A stretch of DNA of 63,942 nt, the filler included, from Phoronis australis (lineage: Eukaryota; Animalia; Phoronida), in the NCBI GenBank assembly GCA_002633005.1. It is 4 parts of 4 records of this genome, joined end to end, with 100 filler letters (N's around TTAATTAATTAA, not from the genome) between each part and the next. Parts side by side here need not be neighbours in the genome. Positions count along the whole stretch, not along the records: positions 1 to 21,135 come from NMRA01000652.1; positions 21,236 to 48,412 come from NMRA01001319.1; 2 more parts are not named here. One strand, given 5' to 3'. Position numbers and translations under genes: made by a program. Numbering within the stretch: the first letter of the stretch is position 1; each line of letters starts with the position of its first letter. Below are positions 13,600 through 25,921 of this stretch, in pieces. Under the pieces are notes generated by a model. It did no database searches and was not told the DNA's origin. It saw only the letters and a program-made list of their open reading frames with translations.

Positions 13600-14580
13600 T
13601 CTTTATGTTAGTGAATGCAAGTGAATTGCTGATTGTATACATAAGTGTCCAAATCCCGTGTGAAAAAGGCAAAACGCCGCTCATGGGATGTATGACTTAA
13701 CAGTTGTCTGTTGACAGTAATTGTACAGATATCGGGTACTCGGTAGCTGAGAGGGGAGAGCACTAAACCAGCAATGTCGAGACCTGTGGTTCGATTCCGA
13801 ATTGGGGTTCCTGATTTGTCTGTGTTTATTTGATATATTTCATTACCGGCCAAACTCAGCGTCTGTATATTTACTAAATTAAATCCTATTTTGGATAAGT
13901 AAGAAACACAGCTCAATGTTACGTTGATGTGGACTATAATGATTTCAGATTATGTTGGATCTAATGACAAGTTTATTTGGTTTGCATGAGTGGCGAAAAC
14001 GCAGTCAAGCAGACGAGCTGTCATTGAAGGGATTTGTCACCATCAGCTGGTTTGTTTCCTCATCAACCCAGCCCTATTTAATGGAAATTTTAAATAAAAA
14101 TTTGACTATGGCATGAATTGATTGATGTGACAATACTGAATAAAGGTCTCATTCCACTGCACTAAGTTTGTCCTTTGACGTACGTGTACACAGTCTGGCT
14201 AGTTAAATCACAAGTAATTTAGGGATAACACAAACCTCCAACAAAGCTTCCGCTAAAGTGACCCTTATACGGGCACCGAAATCCCATTTTCTTGGCCATG
14301 AAAAGGTACTAATCAAATCCTCATGTGGGGAAATGACCGTTTATCAGGTTTGTCCTTGCGGGTGTAATCTTGGGAGCCAAGAGAATGACATTCAAAAATT
14401 ATATCAACTTCTCAGGTTAACATTTAAAACTGCCTACAATACCTACTACGTAAACCACTGCATCAAAATTGGTTACTGCCACACAATTTAAGATTTGGGG
14501 AGTATCAGGCAGACGGTTATACACAGGGTATAAAATTGAGGGAGATCAGCCCACTAGGTAACCGTTTAAAAGAAAATGAA
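13600..14580 (-). pseudogene. Probable decayed leucine-rich-repeat gene (boundaries approximate)
   Basis: LRR-like segments NLVNIQTLSLAGNEIYQI (about 13827-13880), NLSLD/(shift)HNLKSL (about 13945-13975) and LPSGLISLNF/(shift)YNRLPDTPQILNC (about 14482-14561), broken by stops and frameshifts. Confidence 0.45.
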
Positions 14581-15631
14581 CGATGTTCAGCATCACTGTA
14601 CTTGGCACAACCTAGTAAGATGCCAGACACTTTCAGCGGTGGAGTGCCCATGCCAGACGATTACAAAAAGGGCTAATTTGAGTTAAATCATTCCAAGAGG
14701 TAACCACATGGAGTGTTCTCATCAATTGTCTTTCTTTCTCCTATATCCACGAGCTCTTCGTATCTCATGTAACTCATTTCCTTTTCTTTAAGTGGCGTTT
14801 TATTTCATGTAATTACAGTGAAGCTTGTTATTATGCGAAACACTCCGAGATTACTTTATCCAGCCGTGCCATAAAACCAGCAAAATAGTAACCTGCACTG
14901 GTACAAACCATTCCTATACCCGTTTTTCAAGTTTGAGAGTCAGAGCAATGTTTTTCTATGACACAATCACGACAACAAAAACATGCATCACTCTTTATTT
15001 ATCGTGCCCCGATAGTAACGTACTGGTTTCCATTTACGCGTTGCTAACAATAACTGACGTGCGATTTTACAAAACAAAATAAACTAATGCTAAAAACGAC
15101 GTCTCTACATGAAAGCACGATGAGATACTAGCTCCAGGCTCTTCTTCTAGTTCATACCAATCTGAAAGTAAAATAATAATCATCACCTCCAAGATGATTA
15201 GACACATCTTCAAAACACATCTGAAGCACAACATAAACTTTTACATGTCATAAAAAAGCCGTAACAACTTGAGTATCGCCAGTCAATGATTTCACTTGCT
15301 GATATTAAAACTGGGCTAATGTAAATTGGTGTCGGCTCATCTACACCAAGTGTTTCTGTGCCAAATTTTGTCAACAGATGTTAAGCCTTTTTAGGCTTCA
15401 GAAAACCTGAGATTTCGTCAAGGCTCATGAAAAATGCTTATCACGGCGGGATACTTTCAGCGTTCTGTTTCAACCAATTTTGATTCGAGATTAGGAACAC
15501 GATGACGTTGCTTTGGAAATGCAAATAGGTTCTTGTGTACAACACCGTTTTGACTTTTACAGTGTTCAATTTCACCAACTTATACTGTAGCCTACCCGTG
15601 TGTGACAAGTTTCATGCTGCTTTTTACTCAC

Positions 15632-15823
15632 AAGCTAAGTCCGAATCGTTTTTAATCAGTTTTGAAATGACTGGATCCAGTCCGCATGTCCCTTTGCAGG
15701 CCTTGGATTCCGAGGCCGGCTGTGAAACGCAGTTCATGCCATGGCATTGCCGAGTTCTCTGAGAAATTCCCGGACCACACGAGTTCGAGCACGCAGACCA
15801 CATCGACCAGTGCCACCAAATGG
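15632..15823 (-). CDS. Orphan exon encoding a thrombospondin type-1 repeat
   Basis: WWHWSMWSACSNSCGPGISQRTRQC...C...C matches the TSP1 WxxWxxCSxxCG.RxRxC pattern. CAG acceptor, GTGAGT donor, 192 bp, symmetric phase 1-1. Confidence 0.8.
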
Positions 15824-16339
15824 CTGAGGGATTGTTAACAGAAAACAGGAGATAAAATTCACTTTTACGAGTGCTAACAGTGTTCACTTGTTTATCAGAA
15901 TTACTTCGACATGCCTGAAATCGTGGGAATTTGAAAACCGTGTGTGTCAACTAGAGAAGAGTTCAGTAAGGCTTGGACTTTACTAGAAAACCAAGACTTC
16001 GCGAGATTACTCGAGATATTGCTTTGTGTTTTAAATGAGAACGCGTGATTTTGCCGGGCTAGGTTTTTAGCCGCGAGAATGGAACTGAACTGTACCTAGG
16101 TGAAGTTGATCATTTGGGTCAACAATGGCGGACTCGTTCTCGAATGTCTGTTATTAGTTGAAATTCCTTAAGTTAAAACTAAGAGTCTTTCGTGAGCTTT
16201 TGAATGTTCTGGAGTTCAGTATCGCTACTTAAAACTTCTACAGCATTTCTTTAAATACAAATGAGTCACTATCATGGCGGGTGGTCGGGTCCTTATTGTA
16301 GTACAAAATATCGTTACTGAATAGAACTAGCACGTATAT

Positions 16340-18262
16340 TAAACTTGAAAGACTATTGTCAGCCAGTGATTATAATGACTCTGCACGAGTAAGATTTGTG
16401 GAAAGTTTACACTCAGCCTTTCCGGCAGCTTGTACACCACAACAGAACTATACAAGAAAAGAAAAATGTGGACCATGCTGAATCACAGATAACAAGTGTC
16501 GGACTGTAGAATAGAAAATGAATAAAAAGAATACATGATGAATGAAAAGGTCAGAATTTCAGAAGAAAGACACTCAATGACCCCATGATTGCACCAAATG
16601 ACCTGAAGCTTCTGACCCGTCTTATTTGATTGGGGACATGGTTGCTTAGTAAAGCAGGGTATTGAATGGCACGTACGCTTACATGTACACCTGTGTGCTG
16701 AAACTGAAGATAATTTTTTGAAAAATATAAGAGAAAATGCATTTTGAAAATTAGATGGCCTTTCCACTATTTGACCCTTTCCCGTGCATTATTAACCCTT
16801 TTCCAGCATTATTGCAAACTCCATAAAAGTGCGTTTAATGCTGACATTAACAACTGTCTAATTGTTGACACCTCAAAATACGTGTTGAATGAAAAGGTCA
16901 AAATTTCAGAAGAAAAATGCACCTAATTACCCCGACATTGCACCAAATGACCTGAGACTTGAAACGCAATTACATGTACCAATTAGATTGTGAATTTGAA
17001 GTGCCTAGCACAAAATTTTAGTTTGCTCTCGATGATCTTTGACTTAATTAATGTGATTGGATGACCCGATTACTTTGAAAAGTCAGTTATTCAATTGACA
17101 CATGGACATTTACCTCTACAATAAAAAATAATTGCAGTCGGTCTGATACACGTTGTACCACACGTGCGCAGGCCTCACGTGTGGGCCCATTGCACTGATC
17201 ACCTGGAAATATTGTTATGCTTTATTAATATATGATAAAGCATAAAAATATTTTACCCCTCTACAATGCTATTGAAAAGAATTTCTTACAAAACGTAGAT
17301 AACACTTTCAAAATTATATGACCTTTGCACTAATTGAACCGTGACCGTGAAAAGTGTGTGTAATGCTGAGGAGCACAGTTGTCTAACTGTTGACACATCA
17401 GAATACGTTTTGAATGGAAAAGTCAAAACATCAGAAGAAAAATCCACTTAATTACCCTATGATAATACCAAATGACCTGAAACATTGGAATTAGAACTCT
17501 TTTACTTGTACCATACAGGTATGTTAATTTAGAGTGTCTAGCGCAAAATTGTACTTTGCACTCAATGACCTTTGACCTATTTAATCTGATTGTATAGCAC
17601 AAATAATTGAAAAAGTAAAGCACTATTTTGGCATAAATATTCACACCTGTTCACTAAAATTGAAAAGAATTCCTTGAAAAATGCAGGAGAAATAACATTT
17701 TGAAAATAAGAAAACACTTGCACTTTCATGTATTGTTCACTTCGGTGAATTATCAGATTACACTTTATCAAAATTACTACTTGGAAAGTTTCAAAGTTGA
17801 AAATTGAATTGTTTGAGAGTTATTAGGCTTTGGAAAGGTCGCAACAATAATAACTAGAAAGATTATGGTCAGAAAGTGACAATACTCACTCTGCGCGAGT
17901 GAGACTTTTAGGAAAGTTGACCATTTCTAGTACATTATGAGTCCCATTAGTGAAATAAATGTTAAGTCCATAAAAGTGCTGTAAGTGCTGAGAATCCCAG
18001 TGTTTAACATAGGCGGCGCAGCACGGTAAAAAACCCCTATGGTGCGCCGCCCATGTCTAACTGTTGACACGTTAGAATACAATGTACATGTTGAAGGAAA
18101 AAGTCATATTTTAAAAGAAAAATGCTTTTCGTGACCCTATGGTTGCACAAATTGGCATGAAGCTTTGGAATTTATGACTCAATTACAAGTATCAATCACA
18201 TATACAAATCTGAAGTGTCAACCTCTAAATTTAAGTTTGCACTCGATGTCTTCTGACCTATT
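16340..18262. repeat. Diverged multi-unit repeat, probably a non-autonomous element with core repeats
   Basis: GAAAAGGTCA.AATTTCAGAAGAAA...TTGCACCAAATGACCTGA recurs at about 16545, 16890, 17415 and 18095. The head AACT.GAAAGA.TAT.GTCAG occurs at 16342 and 17852. Confidence 0.7.
17124..17245 (+). repeat. Short dispersed repeat of about 110 bp ending in a hairpin; inverted copy at 41476-41586
   Basis: GGGCCCATTGCACTGATCACCTGGAAATATT appears here and as its reverse complement at about 41500-41530. Inverted repeat TTATGCTTTAT/ATAAAGCATAA at 17215-17245. Confidence 0.8.
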
Positions 18263-20479
18263 TTTATAACGCTTATTACGAAATATTCGATACAATGAAT
18301 ATACATAACCCAGAAAGCGCCAAGAGGCATTATATCTGGGTTAAAAAAGTACAAAGACATCTCTATACAATTATTTTACACAAATACATAAAAAAGAAAT
18401 CTGTATACAATTATTTTACACAAATACCTAAATTAAAAAACTGACATATGATTACGAAAGTAAATAAATCATTTTCATACACATTTATACAATTCTATCC
18501 ACATATATAGAAAAAAAATTAATTTTGTTGTACACTTGCGGAATTTCAGAACATTTTTTATAAATATTGAGGTATTGTTCGAGTGTCTGGAAAAGCTGTA
18601 CCCTCTGCTCCTTGCATACCTCACAAGCAAAGAAAACATGAGCATTTGTCTATGCATCTCCTCATCCACACAGAGGCGAAATATTATTAAAACTATGTCT
18701 AAATTTCTCGTTGTTTAGGAATAGACCGCATCTTGATCTGTAAAGGATTATTTCGTGTTTGCGAGGAAGTTGGAACGATGTCAATGGGACTGGCATGTCT
18801 TGAGTAGTAGTATTTTTTTAATGTTATTTTTAGAGTGACGATTGGAGTGCTTTCTTATATCTTGGATGGTGAGGAATTCCAGTTGTCAATAGAAGTTAAT
18901 ATGGTAGATTTCCTGAAGGCTTGGCTGAAGGAAGATGGAATAGTGTTCATATTACTTGCCGCAGTCCTGGTCTCGTGGCTCCAGTTGAGACTGTTTAGAA
19001 CCTTGATTGTGTATGCTCCTGTTATGGCTAAAGCTGCCTGGTATTGTAGTCCTCCTAATTGAAGAAGTATACCAGCGTTTGCCGATTAGTAGATTTGTCA
19101 CAGTAATCTGGAGGTGGGCGAACAAAAGACTAGAACAGAGTTTCAAGATTGATGGAGTTGAGATGACGAGAGACAATTCTAATTGGTTATATTAATTTTT
19201 GTACTTTGTGAACGAATTTGACTTAGAAAATATAAGATCAACACTTTTTTCAGGTTTAAATTTCATCTTCCGTTTTCCAAGACCAGTCGTAGAGTTTGTT
19301 TAGGCCAGTTTGCAATTGTAAGGAGTCATGGGATTCTCTTTTGAGAATGGGTAGAAAATTGCAGCGTCATCAGCATATAAGAATGTTTTAGAATTTATTG
19401 TGTCTGGAAGATCATTGATGTACAATAAAAAGAGTAAGGGGCCTACTACGCTACCCATTGTTACTCCAGCATTTACGAAACCTGGCGTTAATGAGCGTGA
19501 TAAGACACCCTCTATTCGGACTTTGTAAGTTCGACACTCCAGGTATGATTTTAAAAGTGAGAAGAGAGTTCCGGATAAACCGTAAGATTGTAATGTATGT
19601 AGAAGCAGATCATGGGGAACGACATAAAAGCTGAAGCAATGTCTAAGAATACCGATCTCACGTTGTATCCTTGCTCAATCTGGAGGTGGATTTCGCGTTC
19701 AATTTCTGTAAGTTGGGACACAGTGCTGTTACCAGGCATGAATCGAATTGGCTACGATATATGAGGTTTTGTGAAGAGAGGTGGTAAAACATGTTTTGAG
19801 AAATTATTTTTTTCTAAAATTTTGAATAAGGTGTTAAGTAGAGTTATGGGGCGATAGTTGGCAATGTCTGTTTTGGAGTTCTTTTTGTGTATTGGCATCA
19901 TAACACCAAGTTTCCAGTTCAAAGGAAATTTTCCAGATTGTAGTATTTTGTTATATAATGTTGTGAAAGGAGCTGTAAGCTCTCTTGCTATTATCTTAAT
20001 CATTTTATTGGTTCTGAGATCGTTATCGTCGTTTTTGTTTTCGTCAATATTTTCTAGTAGTTTTCGGACTTCAGGTGGTTGGGCTTGTATGTCAGAGAGA
20101 TGTTCTAATGCTCTGTTTGGGAATTCGCGAAAGCTTGTTGTTGGTGCAACGTGACTCTTGGCTGTAAAGCATTCTAAAATTAACTTATTTTTTTCAGCTT
20201 TTGATGACGCCTGACTGTTGGATTCCTTTGAGTGGATGGTGGCGTATGAAGGTTGCTTTACCTGTCCTCGAATTTTGTTTATTATATCCCAATATTCCTT
20301 TGAATTTTTGGAGACATTGTTGATGTTGGAGATAATTTTTATCTTATAGTCTTGTTTCGTCTTTTTAATTAGTTCTTCCACACTCTTGCACTGTTCTTTG
20401 TAGCACTTAAAGGTACGCGGGTTATTTGATTTTCTGAACGATCTGTACAGTTTGTTTCTTTTATTTATTTCAGTCTTAA
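18263..20479 (-). mobile_element. Decayed non-LTR retrotransposon (CR1/L2/jockey-like RT), 5' part missing
   Basis: NYRPITLL, VFLDIASAF, GVTMGSVVGPLLFLLYINDLP, LYADD (19366-19377) and a C-terminal CCHC remnant SPLCG*GDA*TNAHVFFAC. Multiple stops and frameshifts. Confidence 0.92.
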
Positions 20480-21135
20480 AGGCACTATTTCCGCTTCATT
20501 TTTGTTAAAAACTTCATGAAACGGATCTTTACGCAAACACTTTTATTCGAAACCTAAGCCCAAATAATAGCCTTTGCCATGGCATCGAATTTTTTTATAG
20601 TGAACTGAATTTAATACAGATTTTTTAGCTTAATTTTTCATTTTGTGTGGTGCACCAAGAAATAAATGGATGCCGAACGAAGTGTCAATCGAAGATTCGA
20701 GTGTCGAATATAAACTTGGAGTTTCGGTTTATCTCAAGATCGTATACAGGCCTACGTGAACTCGAAATACCCACTCAAATAATCACGTTCAAGCTAATAT
20801 AATTAGTTAACGGGTGAAATAAGTGCTTCTGGAACAAATAATTACAGAAATTTGCTACAATGAACAAAATATTCACCAGATTTCTTTAATGTGTGTTTAA
20901 TTAAGAGCTCACGCTTACGCGATCTTCAGATTAAGCAAAATTAAAGTTCACGCATACCAAACAAGTAATGGCAGGCGTTCGGTATAAGATAGGTTGTCCT
21001 CCGTTGAAAAGGCTTGCTAATCGTCCTCAAGTTGACTATTACCGCCGTAAAGTTTGAAATGAAGATCAGTTTGGGTGCTGGACTTATCTGCGATCCCAGA
21101 TGGCTGTTACACGGTCTCAGTAAGGAAAGATTTTG
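20480..21135. mobile_element. Possible TTAA-targeting DNA element (Kolobok-like end) interrupting the LINE; other end lost in the gap
   Basis: LINE coding similarity stops at TTAA (20476-20479), followed by AGGCACTATTTCC. The partner TIR is not visible. Confidence 0.3.
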
Positions 21136-21235
21136 NNNNNNNNNNNNNNNNNNNNNNNNNNNNNNNNNNNNNNNNNNNNTTAATTAATTAANNNNNNNNN
21201 NNNNNNNNNNNNNNNNNNNNNNNNNNNNNNNNNNN
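21136..21235. other. Artificial scaffold gap linker N44-TTAATTAATTAA-N44
   Basis: The identical 100-bp construct occurs three times, and the 12-mer places stops in all six frames. Confidence 0.97.
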
Positions 21236-22140
21236 GAAGTCTATATCTAAATCTGACCACTGAGTGCCATAAGTATCCCTACTATCATATTCATAATCAC
21301 TGAAGTCTATATCTAAATCAGACCACTGAGTGCCATAAGTATCCATACTTTCATATCCATAATCACTGAAGTCTATATCTAAATCTGACCACTGAGTGCC
21401 ATAAGTATCTACACTTTCATATCCATAATCACTGAAGTCTATATATAAATCTGACCACTGAGTGCCATAAGTATCCATACTTTCATATCCATAATCACTG
21501 AAGTCTATATCTAAATCTGACCACTGAGTGCCATAAGTATCCCTACTATCATATCCATAATCACTGAAGTCTATATCTAAATCAGACCACTGAGTGCCAT
21601 AAGTATCCATACTTTCATATCCATAATCACTGAAGTCTATATCTAAATCTGACCACTGAGTGCCATAAGTATCCATACTTTCATATACATAATCACTGAA
21701 GTCTATATCTAAATCTGACCACTGAGTGCCATAAGTATCCATACTTTCATATACATAATCACTGAAGTCTATATCTAAATCTGACCACTGAGTGCCATAA
21801 GTATACCATACTTTCATATCCATAATCACTGAAGTCTATATCTAAATCTGACCACTGAGAGCCATAAGTATCCATACTTTCATATCCATAATCACTGAAG
21901 TCTATATCTAAATCTGACCACTGAGTGCCATAAGTATCCATACTATCATATCCATAATCACTGAAGTCTATATCTAAATCAGACCACTGAGTGCCATAAG
22001 TATCCATACTATCATATCCATAATCACTGAAGTCTATATCTAAATCAGACCACTGAGTGCCATAAGTATCCATACTTTCATATCCATAATCACTGAAGTC
22101 TATATCTAAATCTGACCAGTGTCATCCGTATCCACACTAT
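21236..22140. repeat. 66-bp minisatellite, about 13.5 copies, truncated by the gap
   Basis: Unit GAAGTCTATATCTAAATCTGACCACTGAGTGCCATAAGTATCCATACTTTCATATCCATAATCACT. One minus frame reads (MDTYGTQWSDLDIDFSDYGYES)n, with a 1-bp insertion near 21804. Confidence 0.97.
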
Positions 22141-22802
22141 CCTCCATAATAAGAACTTCAAGAACTGAGAGAGCAGCGATGATGTCCGTATAATACCAAG
22201 GCAGTAATTTCAAATGAGTGTATGCACAGTGCTAGTGATAGAGTAGAATGGACATTTTGTTATTGTTTCTAGTCAGTTCTAGTAAAATATACAGAGCACC
22301 CGAGCAGATGATTATGTGGTCACAGCAGTGTTATATAATACCAATTAGGCTCAAATTCAGAGTAATTAGCTTCGATCTAGTTTTCGAATCAAACAAACAT
22401 ACAATATTTCATGGAAGAACATCTCTATAACCTTTCAAAAGTTACTACAACAACCACCACAAAGTTAACAGCTTTCTGGTTTTTCCTTGAATTGATAATT
22501 AGCATGTGAGGAAATGGTTCTAAAGTCCAATAGGCATTAACTTCACAAACAATAACTTAATACAGTCTGGGGTCTCAATCCTCATTGGATAGAAAACTGG
22601 GAATACCCTAGATATATTTAAACCTGTAAATTGCTGCCTTGTACTATCCCTCCTGAAGGCATGATCCGCTTTTGAGATACACTGTTTAGATAAGTTAAAC
22701 GCCTCCAGACGGCAACCGCCCATGAGTGAAAACAAACACTTATGCCATATGGCGGGATCAGGGAGGAATGAGTAAAGGGTATTTCTGTTGTGTGTCATTT
22801 TA

Positions 22803-24309
22803 TTATGCGCCCACATATTTATATGTGGACGCATTATGCCGTCATCTCCGTCCGTCCGTACGGGCGGCGTCCGTCTGGCGTCCGGCGTCCGCTGCTCTAT
22901 CTCCAAAACCCTTTGACATATGTTCATGAAATTTGGCACATATGTTCCATTTATGAATGGGACGGCATGTGCGAACTTTCGGACGGATCCGACTACTGGT
23001 GTGCCCCCTAGTGGCAATTTTAGTTTTTTACGCTTACCTTTGTATCTTCAAAAGTCCTGAACGGATTTTCATGAAATTTGGTATGTAGGCACCTATTAGA
23101 GAGGTGACGCTATCCTGCCGTTTTCAGATGGATTCGACATAGTTTGCGCTACCTAGTGGCCATTTTTAGTGTTTTCGAGTATGTTTTTGTGCGTCCACCC
23201 CTCTATCAACCAAACCGCTCAAAGAATGATTGTGAAAATTGGCATGTATATGCTTACTATGTAGAGGACGGTTGACGATGATTTTCTGACGATTTTGACC
23301 ACTGTGGCGCCTCCTAGTGGCAGTTTTTTTTTTGCGCCTATGGCTGTATCTCCTAAACCGTTCACAGGACCGTTACGAAATTGTGTAAGTATATTTATAT
23401 GATGTTAATAATGGAAGATGACGACTTTTGGACGGATCCGCCTACCAGTGTGCCCACTAGTGGCAATTTTATTTTTTTACGTTAACCTCTGTATCTTCAC
23501 AAGTCCTTAACGGATTTTCATGAAATTTGGTATGTAGGCACCTATTAATGCGATGACGCTATCCTCCCATTTTCGGATGGATTCGACCTAGTTTGCGACA
23601 CCCAGTGGCCATTTTTACTGTTTTTCAGTCTGTTTTTTGGTGTCCACCCCTCTATCAACCAAACCGCTATAAGTATGATTGTGAAAATTGGCATGTATGT
23701 TTTTACTATGAAGAGGACAGTTGACTCTGAATTTCCCATGACTTTGATTACTGTGGCGCCTCCTAGTGGCAGTTTTTTTTGCGCCCATGGCTGTATCTCC
23801 CAAACCGTTAGCAGGATCTTTACTAAATTTAGCAAGTATATTTATGTGATGTTGACAACGGACGATGACAACTTTAGGATGATTCTGACTACCGGTATGC
23901 CTCTAGTGACAATTTTTGTATTTTACATTGAACTCTGTATTTTCATAGGTCTTCAGGTGTATACTTTGTGTTACTTCGTGATGATGAAGGAAAAGTTCCA
24001 AGTAGAAATTTGTTTCTGGCATTCTAATGCTGTGCTAATCTCTTATGTTGGTAAATTTGTTTTTAATTCTATGTTTCTGTGGTGCTTTAAGCAACTGATG
24101 CATAGGATGTGCTTGTATTATGAAGATCACTCACATTTTGCCCCTAGCCTATTGAGGAGACAATGACCATGCCTTTCCATTTTGCAAAGTACAACATACT
24201 ACATATATGCCCTCTACTGGCCACTTTATGGTACCAATAAACAACCCTGGAAGGATACCGTATACGGTGCAATTGTGGGCGCATTTCAACGCTCTGCGTT
24301 GCTCTTGTT
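22803..24309 (+). mobile_element. HINE/pearl-type non-autonomous Helentron-associated element with 7 internal monomers of about 150 bp
   Basis: 5' subTIR ATGCGCCCAC within a palindrome, a (GTCC)n-like microsatellite, monomers ending CTAGTGGC, 3' subTIR GTGGGCGCAT (24275-24284), hairpin CAACGC-TCT-GCGTTG and T-rich flanks. Confidence 0.85.
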
Positions 24310-24616
24310 GTTTTTAGCCAGCTGAACTGGACAAAAAGCAGCTTAATTTTCCCCTACCATTTCAATAGTCAGATTTTTGTATCCTGAATAGAATATATAT
24401 TTCTTAATGCTGATTAAGTACATTGTTGTTTTTTTATCATAAATCTGCTATTTTATATCAATTTTGCTTTTTTGTGGATTTGTAAACCCAGACACTACAG
24501 TTTATAGACTGTCAAACTTTCCCAGTTTAATCTGTCTGTTTAGCTCCTTCTTGGTCTCTGTGCTGCTTAATGTCTACTAATAATGCATAAAAGTGTAAAA
24601 GGGTTATTTGCTTTAG

Positions 24617-24784
24617 AACCAGAACCAGTGATTGCCAAGCCACCTGTGGCTGGCAGAAAAAAGGTTGTGAAGAAGAAAGCTTCTGTGGTGGAAATTATCT
24701 CCCCTGGAGACCACAGTGGAAAAGTTGTTGGTAAAAAGATTCCAAAGAAAAAGCGAGGAAGCTCCACTGCTGCTGATAGTTTTA
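24617..24784 (+). CDS. Putative Lys-rich exon of an unidentified plus-strand gene
   Basis: TTTGCTTTAG acceptor, GTGAGT donor, 168 bp, open, phase 1-1 (EPEPVIAKPPVAGRKKVVKKK...KKKRGSS). A possible terminal exon follows the TTTTCACAG acceptor at 26333 (S-S-stop). Confidence 0.45.
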
Positions 24785-24873
24785 GTGAGTCACAGTTTTA
24801 AGTCTGGTCTGCATGACACCTGTTGACCTCATTAGTGAGTGTCAATTGCGGAAGAGGAAGAACACTCGCATTG

Positions 24874-25921
24874 TTATGCGCCCACATATTTATATGTGGA
24901 CGCATTATGCCGTCATCTCCGTCCGTCCGTCTGGGTGGCGTCCGGCGTCCGCTGCTCCATCTCCAAAACCCTTTGACATACGTTCATGAAATTTGGCACG
25001 TATGTTCCATTCATGAATGGGACGGCATGTGCGAACTTTCAGATGGATCTGACTACCGGTGTGCCCCCTAGTGGCAATTTTAGTTTTTTACGCTTACCTT
25101 TGTATCTTCAAAAGTCCTGAACGGATTTTCATGAAATTTGGTATGTAGGCACCTATTAGTGAGATGACGTTATCCTCCCGTTTTCGGATGGATTCGACCT
25201 AGTTTGCGACACCCAGTGGCCATTTTTACTGTTTTTGAGTCTGTTTTTTGGCGTCCACCCCTCTATCAACCAAACCACTATAAGTATGATTGTGAAAATT
25301 GGCATGTATGTTCTTACTATGAAGAGGACAGTTGACGCTGAATTTCCCATGACTTTGATTACTGTGGCGCCTCCTAGTGGTAGTTTTTTTTTGCGCCCAT
25401 GGCTGTATCTCCCAAACCGTTTGCAGGATCTTTACTAAATTTAGCAAGTGTATTTATGTGATGTTGACAACGGACGATGACGACTTTAGGATGATTCTGA
25501 CTACCGGTATGCCTCTAGTGGCAATTTTAGTATTTTACATTGACCTCTGTATTTTCATAGGTCTTCAGGTGTATACTTTGTGTTACTTCGTGACTATGAA
25601 GGAAAAGTTCCAAGTAAAAATTTGTTTCTGGCATTCTAATGCTGTGCTAATCTCGTATGTTGGTAAATTTGTTTTTAATTCTATGTTTCTGTGGTGCTTT
25701 AAGCAACTGATGTATAGGATGTGCTTGTATTATGAAGATCACTCACATTTTGCCCCTAGCCTATTGAGGAGACAATGACCATCCCTTTCCATTTTGCACA
25801 GTACAACATTCTACATATATGCCCTCTACTGGCCACTTTATGGTACCAATAAACAACCCTAGAAGGATACCGTATACGGTGCAATTGTGGGCGCATTTCA
25901 ACGCTCTGCGTTGCTCTTGTT
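24874..25921 (+). mobile_element. Second copy of the same HINE family, 4 internal monomers
   Basis: Ends and body nearly identical to 22803-24309, shorter by one trimer of about 449 bp. Confidence 0.85.

Noticed and set aside
21180-21191. TTAATTAATTAA as a biological motif (also 48457 and 61597)
   Set aside because: It is centred in identical N44 flanks, so it is a synthetic six-frame-stop linker.
21236-22140. CRISPR-like array (also considered for 33181-33592 and 37256-37630)
   Set aside because: Units are head-to-tail with no unique spacers, there are no cas genes, and the context is eukaryotic.
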